DNA from: Octopus sinensis
Lineage: Eukaryota
DNA: 64,000 bases
Direction of reading: 5' to 3'
NCBI RefSeq assembly: GCF_006345805.1
Contig: NC_043000.1
Span: 123,008,001 to 123,072,000, forward strand
The translations under genes were made by a program, and so were the position numbers. Below, one piece after another: positions 56,041 to 64,000 of the stretch. How positions within the stretch are numbered: position 1 is the first letter of the stretch; each line of letters opens with the position of its first letter. The notes under the pieces were generated by a model that saw only the letters and a program-made list of their open reading frames with translations, was not told the origin of the DNA and ran no database searches.

Positions 56041-56544
56041 AGACTAGGAAAGAAGAGTTTAATACATCTCTAGTGACCAGTTAATAACATTTGTTTCAGT
56101 GCCATTCTGTTTTTAACGCCATTGCACACAAAAGTTCGATGGGAAAATTTACGTAATATTTTCTGCTTCATACATTAGATTAACACTTCGTCAGATTTGC
56201 ATCAAATGTTGCGCTCTTACAGTGTGCGACTGTCAAGCGTTGTGCGTTGGATATATAGAGATAAGTATAAAATAAGAATAAAGTTGGTCAAATAACGTGC
56301 AGGAGTTAGATAATAGCAATACCGAAATAGATAATGATAGAAGAAGATATAAAGCATATGGTAGGCTAATAATAAAGCCACTACAAAGCGCGCGACGAAA
56401 CAGGCAATAAATAGGTTAGAATAAGAGTAAACGAAAATTACAATAAAGGAAAGCGATTCCTCATTCCCAGAAACGAGAATGAAGAAGTGATATGATAATA
56501 TTACTCTAAATAAAAGCATACAGGTATATATAATAACGGTTTCG

Positions 56545-56914
56545 AATTCTGGTACAAGGCCAGCATTTTCGGTGGATGGTGTAAGTCAATTGCATAGACC
56601 CCAATACTCGACTGGTACTTATTTTATTGACCCCAGCGGAAGTATAACAACAACAACAACAGCAACAACAACAATAATAATAATAATAATAATAATATCA
56701 ATAATAATAATAATCCTTTCTACTAATAGGCACAATGCCTAAAATTTTAGGGGAGAGGGCTAGTCGATTACATGGACCCCAGTGCGTAACTAATAATAAT
56801 AATAATAATAATAATAATGGAAAAGAAAAAATTCCAAACATCGGGCTACAACAAGTAACCTTAGATGTCAAGAACCCGCCTTAATTTTTTATTTTCCAAG
56901 TCTAATCTGTTGTG

Positions 56915-56951
<37 letters not shown>

Positions 56952-57085
56952 GCAATAGCAGTAACTATAGGCACAGTGCTAATAACATTACACATGGAAT
57001 TTGGACTCGAACCGTAAAGTTGGAAGAAACTCTGTTAAGCATTTTGTACGGGCGTGCTGAAGATTCTTCCTGCTCGCCGCCTTTC
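56545..57085 (-). mobile_element. Fragmented SINE A pieces (two tail-2 ends and a decayed head) separated by (AAT)n
   Basis: GGTACAAGGCCAG..GGTACTTATTTTATTGACCCC; GGCACAATGCCTAAAATTTTAGGGGAG..GACCCCAGTGCGTAAC; CTGCTCGCCGCCTTT at ~57071-57085. Confidence 0.7.
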
Positions 57086-57296
57086 CAACAACATGAAGAA
57101 AGAAGAAAAATTAATGCCAGAGAGAACGTTGTAGTCTGTTAGAGGTATTTTCCATATTTAAACATGCTCAATCACCTCATTTTGGTCAGCTTATAATCAT
57201 ACAATATATGGTCATGTTGGAACACTATTGAATTTTCATTTATTTGAAGTTGTCAGATTTTGGTTTTGCAATAAATCAAAATGTTAAAAGAAAATA

Positions 57297-57662
57297 CAGT
57301 AAAACCACATAGTACGAGTGTCCCATTGTACGAGTAATTTGTGCGAATTTTTGTCTTGAAGTACGAGCGGAAATCCGCAGTACGCGCACACATATCGTCC
57401 CATCTTCAAGGTAATTCAGTTAATAAAACCACTTTACATATTTCTTATGCATTCTCTTTTTTATAATTGTCATTTTACTTGTAACTACGCCTCTTCTGTC
57501 TTAAAACCCATAAAAACCTATTTTTGAGTGGTTTTGTGGGGCTGGAACGGATTAATTATATTTTAGTTAATTTCAATAGGGAAAATTGATTTGTATAACT
57601 AGTAAATCGTCAGACGAGTTCGGTCATGAAACGAATTAAACTCGTACTGCGAGGTATCACTA
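57297..57662. mobile_element. Tigger/pogo-like MITE
   Basis: Left TA|CAGTAAAACCAC, right CGAGGTATCACTA|TA; repeated sub-terminal GTACGAG / CTCGTAC motifs. Confidence 0.75.
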
Positions 57663-57690
57663 TATATGTTTGGGGTTGTCTTTCAAACAT

Positions 57691-57837
<147 letters not shown>

Positions 57838-57995
57838 TTAGATGCTTGCGTTCATGTTACTGTTTGTTCATAAAACATTATAAGTAATTGGACAGATGCT
57901 TGAACAAATTAGAATAAATACCATGTTTATAAATATGTTTTTATGCATGTATGTGTGCATGTGAATGTATTTGTGAGTATATATATATTTATATA

Positions 57996-58240
57996 TAGAA
58001 TGGTTGTATACTGTCAATCTAACACGAACGTGACAGTAGGGGGGTACACCACCGCTGTATAGCCGTAGGAAGCATCGAACGCCTCCTGATGGCTTTGACA
58101 CATTTTTCCCTGTGTCCTTATATACATTTACGAAGGAGAGACAAACACCCTCGGCCGCCGAAGCTTCCTAGGGCTATACAGTGGTGGTGTACCCCCCTAC
58201 TGTCACGTTCGTGTTAGATTGACAGTATACAACCATTCTA
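57996..58240. mobile_element. Young MITE/foldback with 78-bp terminal inverted repeats
   Basis: 57996-58073 matches the reverse complement of 58163-58240 at 76/78; the outermost TA on each side may be a TA TSD. Confidence 0.92.
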
Positions 58241-58942
58241 TCGCCCCACCACCGTACATGTCTCTACGAGAGATTTAGAAATTCAATATTTCTTATATAT
58301 ATATATATATATATGTGTATATATATATACACCTCAGCATAGAGAATCGCATTTTGATATAATAAACATATCTATCCATGCCACCCAACGTATTGCGTTC
58401 TATATCAGATAACGTTTGCACCGTATGCATATTTATGAAATACATGTTCAAATATATATTTTACAATACTTACATCGCGATACATATACACGTATATATA
58501 CAGACAGAAGCAAGCAGACAGAAAGACAGACACAGGATGTGTGGGTTTGTGTGTGTGAGAGAGGGTGTGTGTAAAAGCTGTTGCAAAAAATACTTAACAG
58601 AGTATTTAAACAATATTTAAACACACCTTTCCTTAAATGTTATTAGTTATTTTTAAAAAAATATTTGTAAAAATATTTGTTTAAAATCAAGACATCACGA
58701 ATCTTTTGGAAGAAACATTTTTGCTTTTGTGCGTATTTTGTGTATAGGGGCTTTCGTTGCTCAACTTTTCAAACACACGTGTTCTAGGTTAATCCGTATG
58801 TATGTCATTATTCAGTTCTATTTCAAGATTTTTTTGCCAACAGAAAAAGAACCGGTTTCTAACCTAAATCCAAGGCTCCTTCTCCGGAATTTCAACATAT
58901 AAGTCTTTTGAGAGGATTTGATAGACGGAAATGAAGCCTGTC

Positions 58943-59018
<76 letters not shown>

Positions 59019-59049
59019 AGTTTGTATGATTGCGTATAGAACATGTAAT

Positions 59050-59720
59050 GCCAACTTAGTCTGAGACAATGACTAAGGTTATTCTGGATGTTTTTGCTGA
59101 CCAAACATTTCTCTAAGCTCAAAATTATGTTGCTTTTGTCTTTGATGGCGCATACATTATGAGCAGAACATTTCAGGCATACAAAAGAGATTAAAAGACA
59201 TGTTTCCTGGTATATTTTGTAGACTGTGGAAACCACTCTCTGGACTTTGTCATCCAAGAAATTTGATCTGCTGTTTCCATGGTCACTGATGCATTGATCT
59301 TTGTTCACCAAATCACAGTTCTTATGGAAGCGCTATGGGCCAGCCTTTATGATTAAAATATCACCATGTTGCAAGCCTTTGTCGCATCAAGCGAAAGAAT
59401 GTTCAGCACACTTCGCTGTTTGAAGAGCTGACTCAGTAACCATAATGACGCAACACCGTCTGATACACTGTGCTGTAATGCATGTACATAAAAATTTGTG
59501 CAATGAAAACACTTCTTGGAAAACTTCATCGCCAAAATGAACGAGTATAGAAATTTTTTTGGAATGATTTGAAGCATTACCTTTCCATATATAATAATGA
59601 TAAATATTATCATACCTGTGTTTGTTTTGATATTAAGACTGACAAAAGAACCGGTCTTGTTTGTAAAAGAATTGAACCTGAGTTTGCACCCCCTAAGTAA
59701 ATTTCGTTCCCGGGCCACTG
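59050..59720 (+). mobile_element. Internally deleted hAT transposon relic with 3' terminus
   Basis: Across frameshifts: FDGAYIMS, GIQKRLKDMFPG, CGNHSLDFVIQE (CxxH motif), then ASSERMFSTLR and MTQHRL..AVMHVHK (hAT dimerisation domain). Ends CCCGGGCCACTG (reverse complement CAGTGGCCCGGG) at 59720. Confidence 0.82.
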
Positions 59721-60275
59721 AGTGTAGATATTTTCTTTTTCACTGATCTTTAGCCTTATGTTAACATCCGATAGGCGGATGTATGTATGTATGCACGTAT
59801 GTATGTTTTAATTCACACATACATATATTTGTATCTGTATGTGCGCGTCTTTGCATATGTTTTTTCTTATAGTTTATCATTTATTACTGACTGAATTAAA
59901 TTCGATTAAGATTCTGTCACAATCGCCAGTTAAAACCCTTGTGATATAAATACTCCAAACACCGTAAATGTCTTTCTTTATACAGTTTAGCTTTATATCC
60001 ATCCCTCTATAATAAAGGTCAATGGTGTTTCACAAACGGATGCAGGGACTTTAATTTCTGTTGCTGGGTTTCGGCGTCTAGCTTGATTTAACACGAAATC
60101 TATTATTCCCAAAATTTGCTATATTAAAATTGGACATAAGCCAACAATAGACATTGAATACAAGTTTTATCTGCATTCTTACTTGTGGACTTCAAATGTC
60201 AAGTTAATGCAGTTTGAACTGCAAAATGGCCGAGCACAAAGACATGCGCGCGTTCACACACGCACACACACATTT

Positions 60276-60321
<46 letters not shown>

Positions 60322-61069
60322 ATTGATAGATATATATATATATATATATGATAGATCGGCTGGAAACTAATCGAATCAAAATAAACAAACTGAATTCAAA
60401 TTGAAATTCTTGATATTGAATTTGAAGTTCAGTTTCAGTTTGAATTTAAATTTCAGATCTTTTTCCCAATATCTTTTTGTGAAAATAATTTGAAATTCCT
60501 AATCGTTTAACAAAAGAAAATAAAAAGCGAGAAAAAATATATTCATTATTTGAAATTTCAACCACTAATTATAACCAGCATTATGTTTTTGAAATATAAG
60601 ATTCTCTAGTGTGATTATCATATGATTATCAGCCGTTGATTTTATAATTTCTCTTTCAGAACAATAGCGTCGATGAATTTATTTAAATGATATTCACGTT
60701 TAGTAAAGTTATTTGATCACATTGATCGTCTATAGGATGATTTATTAAATCAACAAGTTAATTGCTCACTTTAACATTCTAATTAAGCATTCGCATAAAT
60801 ACACACGTACATGTGTATGTGTGATTATGTGTATGTGTTTGTGTGTGTTTGTGTGTGTTTAAGTGAGAGAAATTTGTCCAAATTTTTAATTAATCCTGTT
60901 TAGAAATTTTTCTCACTCTATGTTTATAAAAATAATGTTTTATAATATATTTGTCATCATTGCTTTGAAGAGATTTAATTTAATTTTGTTTTCTATTATT
61001 TATACTGTGTAACATAAGTAGAATACCAAGTGTCTTTATTTATTTACGCTATTTATTTAAGTAGGCATC

Positions 61070-61132
<63 letters not shown>
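61070..61132. repeat. (GATA)n microsatellite
   Basis: Direct reading. Confidence 0.95.
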
Positions 61133-61134
<2 letters not shown>

Positions 61135-61600
61135 ATAGAAATACTAGCATAGTTAAATTTTTGAATAATTCCATTAAGCAATTATTTATTTAATTATTGT
61201 TTGAAAACTGGGCATTAATTTAACACACTCTATCAGCATGAATAAATTTTAAATTTAGTTTTAATGCACTGTCTGCATTTCTGAGGAGTTTTAGTTACTT
61301 GGCATTGTTTGGTTGTTTAGTAGTTTAGTTGTTTGTCCTCCAAAATATTTGCATATTATTAATCGATTAATACGTTATTATTTGTACAATTTAGAACATT
61401 TCTTTGGCTGGAATGGAATAGATGTTCAAGAGCGTCAATAACTTTATTTATGTAGACATTAAAATCTTTCGAATACTGGCTGGTTTTGTGCTTATAAACA
61501 TGTTATGAGTGAATAGTTTAGGAAGTGAAACAGGAGCGTTTATGAAGTAAGTTTCACCCAAATATAGAGTTCTCAAAGGTATTTTAATATTTTCAATATG

Positions 61601-61771
61601 AAAGGCAGCGAGCTGGCATAAACGTTCTGAGTTCAAATTCCGCCGAGGTCCACTTTGCCTTTCATCCTTTCGGGATCGATAAATTAATTACCAGTTGCGT
61701 ACTGGTGTCGATCTAATCGGCTGGCCCCCTCCCTCAAAATTTCGGGCCTTGTGTCTAGAGTGGAAAAGAAA
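61601..61771 (+). mobile_element. SINE A (tail 2) with precise internal deletion
   Basis: Perfect 12-bp TSD ATTTTCAATATG (61589-61600, 61772-61783); head joined directly to the B-box region at ACGTT. Confidence 0.93.
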
Positions 61772-62082
61772 ATTTTCAATATGGCTGAGACTAAAATATC
61801 TCAGAGAAATGCTCTTATATTAAATACAAATACGAAAAGATACGCGTGGCTGTGTGGTAAGAAGTCTGCTTCCCGACCTTCAGGTTTGATACATACGAAA
61901 TTGGAATAAATGGAGTCAACTCTATCTACTGCAGTCCATCGTTGAAAAGAAAATGGATTTTTTAACTTAAATATTCCTCTTGCTACTTTCGAGTTTATGA
62001 AGTATCTATGCTACTTTCTTTGAAATGGTTTTTACTATTTCATTAAGAACAATGAAAAACAGAATACGTAGAGAGAAATTTT

Positions 62083-62284
62083 CTTTCTACTGTAGGTTCA
62101 AGGCCCGAAATTTGGTGTTTGGTGACTAGTTTATTATATTAACGCCAGTACTCAACTAGTACTTATCTTATCGAGCCAAAAGGCAAAGCCAACTTCGGGT
62201 GAATTCAGAACGTGATGAGCTGGAAGAAATGCTGCTAAGCATTTTGTCTGATGTACTAACGATTCTGCCAGCTCACCGCCTTTC
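62083..62284 (-). mobile_element. Diverged SINE A (tail 2)
   Basis: AAGGCCCGAAATTT..AGTACTTATCTTATCGAG..AAAGGCAAAGCCAAC..CTAACGATTCTGCCAGCTCACCGCCTTT. Confidence 0.82.
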
Positions 62285-62543
62285 TTAAGGAAAGAAAATT
62301 AATGTCTACTGGTATTTAACTAGATCCCTTTACATTCTGAATTGGAATTCAATCGAGGCCATCTCTTCTCGAATCGATGAAGTACATAGCAATGCTACTT
62401 ATTTCTCATTGAGAGCCATTCAAAACAGCCAACATCTCTTACTTGCATCATGTGCTTCCCATGCTGATTTGACCAAAACAAAAGCCTAACTTAAGCTAAA
62501 TAAAGACCTAATAGGGAATTATGAGACAGTGTTATCAGGAAAG

Positions 62544-62883
62544 GTGGAGGCACATGGCCTAGTGGTTTGAGCAGCGGACTCGCGGTCGAGGGATCGCGGG
62601 TTCGAATCTCAGACCAGGCGATGTGTATGTTTATGAGCGAAACACCTAAGCTCCATGCGGCTCCGGCAGAAGGTAATGGCGAACTTCTGCTGACTCTTTC
62701 ACCACAGCTTTCTCTCACTCTTTCCTCCTGCATCTTGCAGCTCACCTGTGACGGACCGGCGTCCAGTCCAAATGGGGAACCTATACGCCAACGAAACTGG
62801 GAAACCGGCCCTTATGAGCCAGGCGTGGCTCGAGAAGGAACAAACAACTGTTCCTTCTAAAGGATGAAACAACAAACAAACAA
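62544..62883 (+). mobile_element. tRNA-derived SINE: head C + alternative tail ending in (AAAC)n
   Basis: Head as at 19196 (minus); tail CACCTGTGACGGACCGGCGTCCAGTCCA..GAAACTGGGAAACCGGCCCTTATGAGCC; TSD TTATCAGGAAAG (62532-62543, 62884-62895). Confidence 0.9.
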
Positions 62884-64000
62884 TTATCAGGAAAGAATAT
62901 GGCAAATGTGAATTAAAAGACTGATAATTATAAGAAGTGGGGAGACAAAAAATAGACCGTCTTTAGTGAGTTTTGAACCTAGATGCGAAAACGACAAAGC
63001 TATAAGTTGTAGTCTATCTAGATCGACATATTACTAGTGCTATGGAATAAACCATTATCATATCAGTTATATTAGTAGTGAGTTGAAACAAGATTACAAC
63101 AAAACTTCGTTTATTTCTAGTGCTGTATTTTAATATTTCAGTTATGTTGAGATCAAGATGAAATTTAAGAAATATTCCATTTTGTTCAAGAAATCAGATT
63201 TTGTAATTGATTCAGTTTCTGGTAATAGATCCTATATAGTTATTTGAGCAGTAGACGTAACATTCACATGCAGCTAAGATTTCTTTCGGTCGTTACGGAA
63301 CATTGATTAACGCCTCAATAAGTAAGTGGGAAAGGTTGGTTTATGAGAGAATCATTCATGTAAAGATTCAGTCAAATAAAGAGTGTGCGAAAATATAAAG
63401 ATAGAAAGATGCTGTTGGAAATCTAAACGAGAGAAGGGAGAGTGAGGAGGGAGAGTTGTGAGGAAAAGAAAAGAGATGTGTGAAAGAAAGGGAAAGAGAG
63501 AGGACTGTAAAAAAGAGAAAAATTATTCTGGAGTATTACTACACGTGCCTGATATAACAAGTATACCTATCTGCTAGTCTCTTCTCGTATTTTCTGCGTA
63601 TGATAAATTAAATCTTATTCCCGTTCTTACGCTGCAAATGATAAACAAGCGGAAAAAAGTTGATGCTAAAAAATGATGTGGAGAAAATAATGAACGGTGA
63701 CGATATGAACGTAAATGTTATTAATGAATAGCTGAATCAATTATGTTACATAATTAGTATTGATTTTTTTTGTATAGGCACAAAACCTCAGATTCATATG
63801 GGAGCAGAATTGGATTAATGGCGGGTGTTCATACTTTTCCAAAGAGTATATTAGCAAAGAAGGTGAAAGGGAATCATTTCAAGCGGGTAGTAAATCAGAA
63901 CACGTATCTGACTCCTGGGAGACTATGCTTCTCGATGCTTATATGATCAATACGTACATTATTTTTTTTTTCTAATATTTATGGTAATACTGACTTTCTT

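Noticed and set aside
60387-60435. AT-rich 16-bp hairpin (AAACTGAATTCAAATT / AATTTGAAGTTCAGTTT)
   Set aside because: Low-complexity GAATTT-type repeats make such pairing expected.

Overview
This is eukaryotic, AT-rich, microsatellite-saturated DNA with no recognisable intact protein-coding gene. Almost every ORF in the supplied track is a translated simple repeat. The tRNA-derived SINE families, the DD37D mariner and the repeat landscape point to an octopus (cephalopod) genome; this is an inference from recalled repeat families, not a database match. The window holds more than 20 SINE copies built from interchangeable heads and tails (labelled A-D here), several DNA-transposon relics (DD34D mariner, DD37D/maT, Tigger/pogo MITEs and an HTH relic, an hAT-Charlie MITE, an hAT transposase relic) and Penelope-like ends. 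It also contains a 100-N scaffold gap and very long simple repeats. The best finding is a full-length 5S rRNA copy fused head-to-tail to a tRNA-SINE, with one 15-bp direct repeat (TSD) around both (53091-53485), i.e. a 5S-SINE chimera inserted as a single unit. Next are a minimal type I hammerhead ribozyme with an unusually long stem II (10090-10193) and recurrent SINE dimers inserted as units. Two near-perfect foldbacks (27901-28065, 57996-58240) and a pre-miRNA-sized hairpin (19854-19957) are also notable.
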